Positions 51,801 to 64,000 of a stretch of 64,000 bases of DNA are shown in pieces. The stretch's first letter is position 1, and each line of letters starts with the position of its first letter. The position numbers were made by a program, and so were the translations under genes. This DNA is from Paraspadella gotoi (lineage: Eukaryota; Animalia; Chaetognatha): positions 14,731,295 through 14,795,294 of the forward strand of contig CM119266.1 in assembly GCA_051294375.1 (NCBI GenBank), given 5' to 3'. Below the pieces are notes generated by a model. The model saw only the letters and a program-made list of their open reading frames with translations. It ran no database searches and was not told the DNA's origin.

Positions 51801-52528
51801 TTCGGGTCTCTCAGTTTCCACTTTATATAAAAGTTAAAAATAATTAATACATATAAAAAAAATTAATGACGGTCCTGGCAACACGAGAAAAAATCTCTTG
51901 TGTTCTCCCTGGTGCAAAAAGTATTTCCATTTTTCCCTCCCAGCAGTTTCTACGAATTTGTGATTTGATTATGAGGGATTTTTATAAAGAAGTTGTAAAA
52001 GATAAGGAGGTGAGATAGGTCGCACTTTTTTGTAAGCTTAGAGCAGCTGAGAAAAAAGGGTTGGGAGTCGTTTGTCCCTGGGTGTATTTACACGGTTTTT
52101 TATCTTTTGAGAGTCTGCGAGAGGGCCGTTTTCCTAAGAACATTCCTTGTTGCATTTGAAGTGGACGACATTTGTAGCAAGATTTGTAGCAACAATTTGA
52201 AAACTAAAATGATTATATCTTCTTTCCTTTCACCCGCCTTCCCTAACTCTTTCTCTTCCCGTCCTCCCTTTTTTCCTATTTTCTCGCAAACCGCCTTTGA
52301 GTCGTGATTGTCCTTCTTTTTTTTATTACTCTCTCTCTCCATCTCTCTCTCGGTCGAAAGTCTCCATTCAAAGGGTCCCTCTCAACTCTGCCGCGTCTCT
52401 CTCGATTAGTCATGGTTTGTTCTTCCTCCTCTCTCTCCTCTCAGTCTCTCGTCTCTCTCTCCATCTCCTCTCTCTCCGCTCCTGNNNNNNNNNNNNNNNN
52501 NNNNNNNNNCTCGCTCCTTTGTCCTTTC

Positions 52529-53475
52529 GGGAAACTTGATTGCCTCGAATTTGCCTCGTAATCATTGCAAACTGCGAGGGGGAGCGGAGAGGAAAAGGGA
52601 AAGGGGGAAAAGAGCTGGATATTAGAAAGAAGGAAGCCGACTTATTTCGTTGGGAGAGATTGGCGGAAATCTCAAGGGGAGTGAAGCTCGAAAAGCTCTC
52701 TTTCCTCTCATCTCTCGTCTTCTCTCCTCTCTCTCTCATCACTCCCTCTCCATCTACTCTCATTCTCCATCTCCACTGCTCTCTCTCTCCTCTCTCTCTC
52801 ACAGTTTAAAAAAAGCGTCCATTGGTTTACCTTCAACTGGTCGTGAAGAAGCGCGGGCATGGCAGCATTTAGCACATGAAGTACAAGTGTCATGTTTTAT
52901 TTCAACTTGAGAGTTTCTTTAACTTTATGTTTCCACTGCATATTAAATACAATTCTAAACCTTTTCGGAGCTTCACTCCCCTTGAGATTTTCCTTGCCAA
53001 TCTCCTTTCCCAACACGAAATAAGTTCGTCGGGCTTATCCCCTGATCTTTCTAATAATCGCCCAGCCTCTTCCTTTCACCCTTTTCCCTCTCCGCTCCCT
53101 CGCAGTTTCATTGTTACGAGGGCGCAAAATTCGAGGCAATCAAGTTTCCCNNNNNNNNNNNNNNNNNNNNNNNNNCGCCGAACCCCCACCCTCTTCTCCT
53201 TCTCTCTCTCCTCTTTCTCTCTCCACTCTCTCTCTCTCTCTCTCTCTCCTCTTTCTCTCTCTCTCTCTCTCTCTCTTCTCTTCTCTCATACTCCTCTCCT
53301 CTACTCTCATTCTCATCTCACGCTTCTCTTCTCTTAAAAAAGCGTCCATTGGTTACCTTCAACTGTGTCGTGACAGAAGCGCGGGCATGGCACATTTAGG
53401 CACATGAATACAGTGTCATGTTTATTTCAACTTGGAGTTTATTTAATTTTGTTTCCACTGCATATATAAATGACA
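52529..53475. repeat. Local inverted (52529-52695 vs 52961-53150) plus direct (52806-52950 vs 53334-53475) duplication
   Basis: GGGAAACTTGATTGCCTCGAATT mirrors AATTCGAGGCAATCAAGTTTCCC. AAAAAAGCGTCCATTGGTT...TTTCCACTGCATAT occurs twice. Bounded by 25-N gaps. Confidence 0.92.
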
Positions 53476-55144
53476 ATTACTACCGAGAGAGAGAAAGAGA
53501 GTGGGAGTAAATCAAGGGTTGGCCCCTATCTGTTGCATCATTCGTGTTTTCGCCTTCCATTTCCAGGAGGAATCCAATGCGTCAATTCTTCTCGCCGTAA
53601 CTGTATCGCGTTTGGACCCAGAAAGAGATAATACGATGCGGCATGAAATTTGCGAGCGACGCCACGCAGATTTCACGAAGAATTTTTATGAAAAAAAATC
53701 TAAATAAAGATTAAAATGTATATTTTTTATGCTATTATCTATATTCTTCGTTTTTGTTAACGAACGTAACATATTCCACATCTAAAACTCCATTAAAACC
53801 CATATCGCAGAAATTCCGTCCGTTATCTCTTCGTTTCGCGTCGTCGTCATCGTTTTTGTTGTCGTCGTTATCGTCGTTGTCTTCATCTGACGCCGAGGGA
53901 AACGAGTATTATTTTTTTCCCCTTTTTTCTCTCCCGCGATGCGACTTAATTTGCCGGCGGCGGCGTCCCACTCTGTCCCGCTCCGAAACGACGACGACGA
54001 CGACGACAACGACGTTTTTACCGTCGCTTTCCTTTGATTCCCCGAGCATTATTGGGTTTTCATTCTCATTCTCTCGCCCACTTCCTCCTGCCATCTCTCA
54101 TCCATTTGCTTCTACACTAATTCCATTGACTCTTCCGCATATTATTCTGCTCTACGTAGTACTATATTCATTTTTCTTCAGACCAAGACTGGTTATTTTC
54201 GTCGCTTCAGAAGCTTTGGACCTTTCTGCTGGGTCTTTATTTCATTTTCAGGCGGGGGTCCCTCATTTAAAAAAAAGGATGCGTGGCCACTCAGCTATTT
54301 CTTTCCTTTTCCTTTTCAATTTCCAATTTTCCTCATTTCTTATCATATCAAAGTCACAACTAACCGCGGCGAGACAATCTATCACACCAACTTCAATCTA
54401 TCACCAAGACCTTTCCCTCAACTGCCGCCCCCCCCAAAAGAAAAATCCTCCAACGTCCCGACTCGTCTTCTCCCCGCTCCCTCCACTTCCATAGCGAGGC
54501 CGGGCATAATGTAATCAAATTTACTGTGCGGCGGACAAACGGAGGCTGAGCGCATAAAAAAANNNNNNNNNNNNNNNNNNNNNNNNNNNNNNNNNNNNNN
54601 NNNNNNNNNNNNNNNNNNNNNNNNNNNNNNNNNNNNNNNNNNNNNNNNNNNNNNNNNNNNNNNNNNNNNNNNNNNNNNNNNNNNNNNNNNNNNNNNNNNN
54701 NNNNNNNNNNNNNNNNNNNNNNNNNNNNNNNNNNNNNNNNNNNNNNNNNNNNNNNNNNNNNNNNNNNNNNNNNNNNNNNNNNNNNNNNNNNNNNNNNNGA
54801 GGAACAGTTCATGGGATGGTATCAAAAGAAAAAAAAGAGGAAAGAAGATAAGAAAAAAAAGAAAAGAAGGAAGGAAAGAAAGTAAGGATGGAGAAAAGGA
54901 AAAGAACGGACCGGAAACGATGGAGAAAATGGGGCCAACGTCTCACTATGCCCACTTCGAAACGTTCGGGACCTTTTCCGCCGGCGAAGGATTCGATTCT
55001 ATTTTTTTTCTATTCTTTCTTTTTTTTTCTTTTCTTCACGTTTTTTTCTTTTTTCTTTTTTTTTTTGATCAAGCAAAAGGCCGTGATCTCCAGCCAACGA
55101 GTTCCATCGACAAAATGAACGACTAAAAAGGGACGAAAATTGGC

Positions 55145-55185
<41 letters not shown>

Positions 55186-56009
55186 CATATAAGACGAAAT
55201 AGGGACAATGGCAAACAGTGCGCAGGGGGCAGGAGAAAAAGGAAGAAAATTTATGGCGTGTCGAAGGGAAAGAGGCTGTTTTAAAAAGTGAAAGGAGAAA
55301 AGCTCAAGAGATAAAGGAATCTAGTTTTGGGAAAAAAGTGAGAAAATGAAAGAGAGGAAAGAGTAAGAAGAGATGAATAATGTCTTAGTTAAAGCGCCAC
55401 CGTCACAAGTCCTTTACCTCACCCACTGTAATTTAGTTTAATTCGTTGGTTTCGAAACACTATGCTTCTTATTCTTAATCGTAGGAAGAAATGAAAACAA
55501 AAGTCAACTTTGTCCTCCCATCCGCAAAAAAAGGTCCGTTTGACGACGGAACTTTCAATTTCTTCGCGAGGAAACGAAACCTCTGTCGGCGGGATTTCAA
55601 TCTAAATTTGACCTTTGATGTAAGACGACCTTCGATGTCTCGCGTTACCAGGCGATTCTCCAATAAGAATCGGCCTAGTTTTAGAATCTGACCAATGGTC
55701 GGTCATATAAAGTTAAGAGTATACTTGTGTGAGAAATTTCGCGGCCAGACGTTTAAAATTTAAAACGAGAAACCTTATGCAGGGCTCAAGAACTACATCT
55801 TTGACAAAAAATTTATATATGGATTCACAGGTTTGAAGGAATATTTTGACAGTCACATTCACTAACTGAATAGTAAGTTTCTTACTCATTCAACTAAAAA
55901 AAAATTATACTAAGTCTAAGATGCAATACATTATTTACTATTTAGTTATGACGATTTCAAGTAACCTTAGAAGAAGACATTTCCTCGACTCCCGTAATAT
56001 CAGCGTCTC

Positions 56010-56045
56010 CCGCGCCATTCGCGCCATTCGCGCCATCTACGCCAC
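56010..56045. repeat. 9-bp tandem repeat (CGCGCCATT) x~4
   Basis: cgcgccatt cgcgccatt cgcgccatc tacgccac. Confidence 0.8.
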
Positions 56046-56184
56046 TTGACGTGACCCCGGGACGAGAGTCGAGGCAAAGAAAAAACTGTGGGAGGCGGAG
56101 ATGATTCGAAACTTATGCCAACAACGAATAAAGAAAAAAAAAAGAAAAAAAAGGGAATGACTAATGTATGGAAAAAAATTCCTA

Positions 56185-56309
<125 letters not shown>

Positions 56310-56727
56310 GCCTTGCTTTCTCTGCTGAACCAGCGAGGCCCGAGTTTTTTCGGGGAGGGAAAGAAGGAAGAAAAAGGAGGAAAGGAAAAGAAAGGAGGAA
56401 AGTGCATCGAAACTGGGTTACGCTCATGAATCAAGGAAAGAGTAACGACCCTGCGAAAAAAATGGGGGGGGGGACGGGATACGATGACGACGAGGACAAA
56501 GACGACGACGAAATACAAGACATGGGTGATTACAGTGACGGGGTTTTAAAAACTAGTGCAAAGAAAAATGACAATGTTTTCGACAAAATCGTCAACCGCA
56601 TCGAAATCACTGTCATGGGTTTTTAAGAGTTGTTGCTAATTTTTTTTAAAAATTCAAAATATTATATAAAGCTCCAACTTTTTTGTTGAATCAAAAAAAA
56701 ATATCGAATCAATTTTAGATTTAAATC

Positions 56728-56840
56728 GAGATTAAAAAAAAGAGGAAATATTGATCTTGAAGTGACATTGCCGACTTGATGGTTGACAGCCTCTGTGAGA
56801 TATCTCATTTCAAGATCAAATTTTTTTCTTCTTTTAATTA
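56728..56840. repeat. Imperfect hairpin, possible palindromic MITE core
   Basis: TTGATCTTGAAGTGA (56751-56765) pairs with TCATTTCAAGATCAA (~56805-56819). A-rich and T-rich flanks extend the stem. Confidence 0.5.
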
Positions 56841-57060
56841 ATTTTGAAAGAAGAGGATTAAATCGTCAAACCTTTTTTTGTTTGATATAAAAATGAAAGT
56901 GGTCTAGATTTTGTCAAGCAAAATTTATTAGTTCTTTTAAATATAACTTTATTCATTGAATTAGTTTCTTCCGAATATTCTCTTCGATTGTGAAAATAAT
57001 TATTTTTAGTTTGAAATTATTGTATCTTTTCCTTTCTTTTCGTTGTTATGTGAGAATTAA

Positions 57061-57197
57061 GTTTACAAAGTAGGCAGATTAATCTATTTGCATTAAAATG
57101 CGCTGACGAAGGTCCGAATGCAAAGGACCGAAACTGTCCCAAATAATTGTAAAAATTCGTTGTTTATGCAAATGAAATTAATCTGCTACTTTGTAAC
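57061..57197. mobile_element. Probable Penelope-like element pseudo-LTR remnant (hammerhead inside an inverted repeat)
   Basis: GTTTACAAAGTAGGCAGATTAATCTATTTGCATTAAA (57061-57097) is an imperfect reverse complement of TTTATGCAAATGAAATTAATCTGCTACTTTGTAAC (57163-57197) and encloses a minimal hammerhead. No RT or GIY-YIG ORF is visible. Confidence 0.5.
57095..57146 (+). ncRNA. Minimal type I hammerhead ribozyme motif (Penelope-like-element type)
   Basis: CTGACGA (57103-57109), extra A, perfect 5-bp stem II GGTCC/GGACC (57111-57115/57125-57129) with a 9-nt loop, GAAAC (57130-57134), T, then the GTC cleavage triplet (57136-57138). Stems I and III are imperfect as written. Confidence 0.72.
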
Positions 57198-58000
57198 TAG
57201 TTTTGAGAATAAAATTTTGAGTTGAAATAAATGTTTAGTGGCTTTACCAAAATACAATAATCTTTGTAGAATATCGAGTAACTATAAAACTATACTCGAG
57301 AGATTACGTTTAGCGTAAAAATTCGTTGCCGCGAATTCATTAAAATAATTATACAAACTATGCAAGGTTGGAATCCACCTCGTAACGAAAGTAATACAGC
57401 GCTTAAAGACGTTGTAACGAACGCACTCCGTGCAAATCTGCTTCTGCCTGCGAACGAACCGGCCGCTGCACGCTCTCACCTGTCCGCCGCCCCTTATCTC
57501 GCCACTCTACTGAATCATCCCATCCCGCCCCACAGATTTTCACTCTTTCCTCGACCTGCCTTCGTTACTTGCGTGTACGAAAGAATCCTGAAGTGCTCTC
57601 AGAATCCGCGTTGCTTGAGATCTCGGGTTCGACGCGATTACGAGGCTGGGCGCGGAGGTTGAGAATACCTCGGGACAACTACCACGAGGGGTTTCTTGGA
57701 AGCTGTGGTGGGGTTTTCTCTCATTCGCGACGAAAAAAAAAATAATTTAAACTGCGACGAGAGGGAAGGATAACAAGGAGAGACCATTTTTATCCTAATT
57801 TTTGTGCTGTTGGTAGAGAGGAAGTTCGGGAGGAAGAGGAGGGATTGGCAATGAGACCGAGGGAGAGTATGAGAGAGAGAGAGAGAGAGAGAAGGTGTAG
57901 AGCGAGAGAGAGGTAGGGACGACGATGCGTTCAGAGAAGAGAAAAGAGAGAGGGACCAAAAGCAGGGTTAGCCGACGGTAGTTACATACAGCCGGGCTCT

Positions 58001-60390
58001 GCGAGAAAGATAAAATTCGTTGGCCCGTTTGCGAGAGCAGAATCGTGGGCGGGTTCGTTTTTCTCTCTCCACGGGTTCCTGGTCTTAACTTCGCTTTTTC
58101 CACTTCGTGCCTCGCTCGTTTCGCGTCGGTCCGGGGTCGGGTCCGGCGAACGTTAGGTCGCGGACCAACCAGCACTATTATATCTCTTCGGAGTCGGCGG
58201 CCTCCCTCAGGTTTGTTCGGGATCTCGCGGCTAAACCGTGAAGACAAGCCGTGAATCCTGCGACAAGAGGTCAGTTCCTGAAATGCCGCGGGTGACCGCT
58301 TTCTCGTTTGTCGTCGTCGGTCGTCTCGTTTTCGAAACAAAAGACCGTGAAAAGTTCTCGGAGATTCGGGCCGGATCATCGCTCACTCCTCTGCTATCGG
58401 TCTCTGGACTCAGGGTGTGAATGATGTGTATGTCGCTTTATTTTTTCGTACGGGTGAGTGCCTCTCTCAATGCCGTCTGAGCTGAACGGGCCTGTATTTC
58501 TCAGCTTTTCTCTCTCCGATGTTTGAATATTAATTTGTCTCATTTTGGTTTTTACTCTCGGCATTTAAATATTGCATCAGTGAGAGATTACCATCTCGGG
58601 CAAGGTTGAGGGTATCCTCGTCGGATCGCCAGTCTTCTCCCGTATTCGTCATCTACTTGACGTCTCCCGAGTTCCCGGACTCAAGTCTCTTGAGCCCCAC
58701 CCTCAGTCTCCAATACGATACTCGGGAACCGAGCTGCGCCCTCTTGAAAAGTTTCGTGCCACTTCAATTCTCCTTGTTATACGGAGTTGCGTCAGTTTGG
58801 TCAGCCCGGTCTCTCGCTTTGCGAAAAATCAAGCTCGTCCTGCGTGCGGCGTCTCGTTCTGCTGTGCTCTCGCCTTTCTTTCGTAGTGAGGTTGTGTGGC
58901 CCAATAGAATAACGCTCCTTTAACCTGCCCGGGGTCTTTGGACCTCTTTCCGAGTCTTCTCGACGATTTCACGGACAATCTACAATTGTTCGCCGACACT
59001 CAGAACTTCACGGTGAGGCCGAAGCCGTATCTTCCTGTGCAGCGGGCCATATCCGTGTCTTCCTTCATGTTTTTATATTTTCCGGGTCGCCGGAGAGCGT
59101 CGTGTTTCTGTTATTTTATTCTGATTGACGCCTTAAACCAAAAACGTCACCTTTAAGACCGTTTGGAATCTAAATTTTGCTTTGTTACAAAACCAATTTG
59201 TTTTCGACAGAATAATGAGTGACGATGACGAAAAGAAAATAGGGAGACCGGTGTGTGAAGCGTGTGAATAATATCGGACGTTTTGTCGTTTTTTGTGACC
59301 GTCGTGGTCCGTTTCCTTATTCTTTGTTTTTGTGCACCTCATTTTCGACTGCCCCGTGTCGGATTGCTCCGCGTCCTCTTGTGTTTTGTCCGTGTCCTTT
59401 TCTTGTTATTCGGCCCCATTTGGCGGGGTTTTTCCCCTAAGACAACGAACCTGTTTTCCTCGGCTTCTCGGTCAGTGGGAATTCGAGTGTGCAGACCATT
59501 TCGGCGCCGAAGCGAGAACCGGGGAAACGATTTGGATCAAATTTTTCTAGGCGCACGGCCGTGGTCGGAATTTGAACTCCTTACGACTCGAATTGCAACC
59601 GTTACCCAACGTGTCCTGCTTCACGACAGATACCACGTAGGTCGAAATCACTCTTGCCTCCCGATATACGAACGGACGGCGCACCCGACGACAGAGACGG
59701 AGACACTGGCTTTCCACGTACGAGCGACCTGTTATTCACACGTGGGAGTGAGGGATCGTCGGTTTACGACGTCCGGTTTGAGTTGGGTGGTCGGGGTGAC
59801 CCGGGTGGACGCGGAGTGGTGCGTCGCCTCTCGGTGATATTTTCTCACTTGACGAGGCGCCCGTACCTGCGGATGTATCTCTAGCAAAGAAGACCCGTCC
59901 GATTCAGGTATTCTCCGTTTTGCTCACCAACGATATTCTCTACATTCCGCCTCCAAATCAAGGCTGCAGAGAATTCTCGACCTGTGACCTCCTCTTGTGT
60001 GTCGAATTTTTCTTGTCCGGCCCAAACGGTTTTTCTTCGACTTTCCGAGTCCGATCTTCGTACTAGTCGTTTCCGTTTCCGTCGTCGGCCTTCGTCGAGT
60101 ACGCTTCCGATGTTTGTTGTTCCTCCCTAGCCCTAAATCTACACTCTGGATTAATTTCCGCACTTGGCTTTCCTGTGCGCTAATTTTCCTCCTCTATTCT
60201 TCTTTCCTTCCGCCCCTTTATTTTTTTTTTCTTCGCGCAGGCGGTGTAAGCACTATAACCCCTTCTCATCAAATTCCTCGTGCTCTTGTTGTCGTGGTAT
60301 ATTTTTTCGTCATGTCCCGAGTTTGTTTTCTGCTGCGTTTTCATGTCGCCCATTTTTGGTTTCTCTCTCACTCTCTCGTTCCCTCATTGC

Positions 60391-60449
<59 letters not shown>

Positions 60450-63400
60450 GAGTGAGAGAGAGGAGAGAGAGAGAAGAAGAGAGAGAGAGAGAAGAGAGTG
60501 AAGAATGACGTCGACGACGAGACGACCACACGGTAGCAGCAGAGACTAGAAAAATATAGAGAAAAACCGTCTGGATTGCGAGCTGGATTATGAAGAATAG
60601 TAGATATATGAATAGAGTAGGAATAATTCCAGACTGCCATTAATAGTAGTAGTAATGCAGCGGCAATTAGTTTTTTTATTATGCAATTTCGTGGGAACTT
60701 TTTTTCTTCATCAACAACGATTACTTGTCCCGTCACACCTATCTGCCGCAGACGAAGGCGCTGATGTAGCATTCGGCGTACGGATGGAGATAGTTACGCG
60801 CGCGGGCAATTCGTTCATTGCAGTCTTAAATGTCACTTCCGCCGCAGTGTTCAGGGAGACTAACTATAGTTCAGTCTCTGCACTACACGCCCCACGGCGG
60901 CCTTTCGCCGGTGGTAATCATCCCCGGCAAATCCACCGCCCCAATTCATGGACGGGGACGAGAAATGGCCACTCCTCGTCTCTGATCTCTCTCTCTCACG
61001 ATCTTTTCTCTCTCGCTTTTCACCTCTGCTTTCTGTTTCCCTCTGTCTCTCTCAAAAGTTCTTTATTTTTATATATTTTAATTACTAACAAAATGATTAA
61101 TGATCAGAAAAGTAAGAAAAAGAGAAAGGACAAAAAGAAAGAATATGAAAAAACATTTAAAAACATAAAGAAAGAGGAAAAAAGAAAAGAAAAAGAATTT
61201 ATTAATTATTAATTAATTGATAATTGTTTTATTGATTAGTAATGGTTATTCTGTTGTTGTTTTTATTTTAGGTAAATTTTAATTTTAGTTGTTATATAAT
61301 ATATCCGCCGGAGCTCCAAATGTTTGCTCTTTCAAATGGTGTTCGGCTATGGGTCTCATTGTTTCTGCTATCGTCCGCGGCTTGCATGGTGCGCGGACGC
61401 GCTGACTCGAACCTGACCTCATTCAGATCTCCTGACGTTGGTGCATTTTCTTTCTCTTTCGTCTACTATCTATAACTCTTTCTATCACCAATCGCAGAGG
61501 CTGGCAGCGCAGCGCGCCATCGCGGTGTCGATGATCAGAGTCTTCGAATAATAGGGTTGCCTTCTTACTTTCTGCCCACCCACTACTATAATTATAAATC
61601 ATATTATTAATATATATTTAAAAATGTAAAATTGGATAGTATAATTGAAACCATAATTTTTGTGTATTTGTGCGGTTAAAGAAAAGTGAAGTGATTAAGC
61701 CTAGAGAATAAAATTTTTTTTGATGTGAATATTCTTATTTGGCAATGCGTAAAAGAGTTTTACAAGTACGGAATACAGTTCACTCTTAAGACATCATTAT
61801 TATTTGAATTTTTCATAAAGATTCCAATCTGACTTCATGAATGTAATCCTCTCATTGATGATGAGTTGGAAAATTGATTTGGGATTTGAGAATTAATTTG
61901 ACCCAACTTAATAACATTCATAGGTATTTTAGAAAAAGTTAATTTTTCACTTATAGGTCACTTTTTAGTGAGGAATTCGAATCTGCTCTTTAACAAATAG
62001 ATGAATAAAACACATTTTAAAAATTGGGTCTGGTGAACAAGTATTAATCCGCTCTATTGGTCTTGAGGTACTATAGTTTACTGCGTAATGCGTATGCAGA
62101 AAACTTTGAAAAATATAAACTATTATTTGTTAATTTTACATTAAAAAATGTTTAACAGGTGTTCGTGATCGTTCGTGATAATCTATTCGACAATTTTGAT
62201 TTCACTTGATTTTATATTTTTGCTATGCTTCAGTAGACAGGAGAAGACGCACGAGGACAGTCAAAAAGCTGGAACGAGATGAGATGAAGAGCTGAAGTAT
62301 GCATCGCTGCGAAAAAATTATAGAGTGAGACAAGAGCGATATCGACTAAGATACAAGAGAGACGAAAGAGAGACTGAGACAGAGGAGAGAACAGACTGTT
62401 ATGAAAATAGANNNNNNNNNNNNNNNNNNNNNNNNNCGAGAAAGAAAAATTCGTTGGCCCGTTTCGAGAGCGAATCGTGCTTTTTCTCTCTCTTCCACTC
62501 GCTCTCTGTGTTCGCACCACCCGACTCTCTCTCTATTTCTCTTTCTTTATTTCTTTCTCTCTCTTTCTCCTTTCTCTCTCTCATTTGAATATTTTTCTCA
62601 TTTTGGTTTTACTCTCGGCATTTAAATGCATTCAGATTTCTCTCCTCTCCTCTCTCTGATCTCTCTTGGACGTGCGAGTCGAATAGAGTCTCTGCTACTC
62701 TCTTGTCCTCCTGCGGACTCTTCTCTGAGACGATGATGATGACGATCTTCTGCTCTCTCCTCTTCTGTTCTCTCGTCCGAGCTTAGGAGCTCATCGGGGG
62801 ATTGTGATCGAGAAACAGCAGAGCACCGAGAAGGACGAGCGAGATCCTGAGAGATAGAGTCGAGCAACGAGATGGACCGACACTCACCATCTGCAGTACG
62901 CCTCCTCCAGCCAGAGCCGAAGCAGGGCATGCATAAATTCTGCTTCGGGGAGCGTCACAGCATGCACGCGACGGGTCAATTGAACAGTGAGGGAAAGCGA
63001 GCGGACACGCCCTCGCTCTTCGTATATTTGTCTAATATCCTTTACTCCTTTGTCTCGAACCAATCTACATTGTTCGACAAACTTCACGTCGTATTTATTC
63101 TTTTTTTTAATTTTAACTATTTTAATCTTACCAGGTTTGAATTAATTTTCAATTTTTCCGATTCATATTAATTAATAATTTTATTTACGTTTTGACTTTT
63201 TATCTTCCCTTTTTCTTCTTTTCTTCTGATCCTCAACTTTCTCTGCCTCCTGCCGATTTTTCATTCTCCTTTGGTTTACTTTCCTTATTCCTACCTTTCC
63301 AGTCTTTCTCTTTCCTCCCTCCCCAAGCGACACTGGCTTTCCTCGCTTTATTCCCCCTCTCGGTGATATTTTTCCTCCCTTCCTTCTTACATTATATTCT

Positions 63401-63967
63401 CTTTGCTCACCAAACGATATTCTCTACATTCCCTCCAATCCCAGAGAATTCTCCCTTTTTCTTTCCTTCACTTCCTATATTCTCCCTCCACCTTTCCCGC
63501 CCTAAATCCGATATTCTCTTTCCTCGCTTCCTCTCTTTCCTTTCCTCCTTTTTCGCCGGCATTTCCCTTCTCATTCGGTTTCGGGTTTCGATGTCCCGAG
63601 TTTGTTTCCTCTCCGTTTTCATGTCGCCATTTTTTTTCTCTCACTCTCTGTCTCTCTGNNNNNNNNNNNNNNNNNNNNNNNNNNNNNNNNNNNNNNNNNN
63701 NNNNNNNNNNNNNNNNNNNNNNNNNNNNNNNNNNNNNNNNNNNNNNNNNNNNNNNNNNNNNNNNNNNNNNNNNNNNAAAAATCTGGATTGCGAGCGATTA
63801 TGAAAAAAAAGTAGATATATGAATAGAGTAGGAATAATTCCAGACGCATTAATAGTAGTAGTAATCGCGGAATTTTTTTTTTTATGATTTCGTGGGAATT
63901 TTTTTTCCCCAACAAGATTATTTCCCTCATATCTCCGCAGAAAGGCGCTGATAGCTTCGGCGTAGGA
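58001..63967 (+). repeat. Highly degraded direct duplication: ~58001-60785 repeated at 62437-~63967
   Basis: Anchors occur in the same order: AAAATTCGTTGGCCCGTTT (58012/62446), TTTTACTCTCGGCATTTAAAT, TCGGTGATATTTT, CGATATTCTCTACATTCC, GTAGATATATGAATAGAGTAGGAATAATTCCAGAC (60600/63811). Copy 1 is inflated by random-looking insertions; copy 2 starts at a 25-N gap. Confidence 0.88.
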
Positions 63968-64000
63968 GAACTAAACGAGCGTACGTATCTACTAATGATG

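Noticed and set aside
58050-60300. High-complexity GC-balanced region with many overlapping ORFs
   Set aside because: It aligns by anchors to the much shorter copy at 62437-63658, so the extra sequence looks like insertion noise from a poor read.

Overview
This is eukaryotic, AT-rich but CpG-rich, mostly non-coding DNA, probably from an invertebrate (inferred from composition only). It is dense in (GA/CT)n, (GAC)n and (CTTT)n microsatellites and has 17 N-gaps. I recognise no protein-coding gene, rRNA, tRNA or CRISPR array; nearly all listed ORFs are microsatellite or N-gap artefacts, and only a few GC-rich islands look like possible exons. About half the window is duplicated: two multi-kb palindromes (25461-34478; 39826-47077) and several direct duplications whose copies differ by dense 1-bp indels. 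Most of these begin at 25-N gaps, which points to gap-filling with raw long reads rather than biology. The clearest real functional signal is a minimal hammerhead ribozyme motif of the Penelope-like-element type at 57103-57138, enclosed in a ~36-bp inverted repeat. Two much more decayed look-alikes lie at ~10511 and ~13750.
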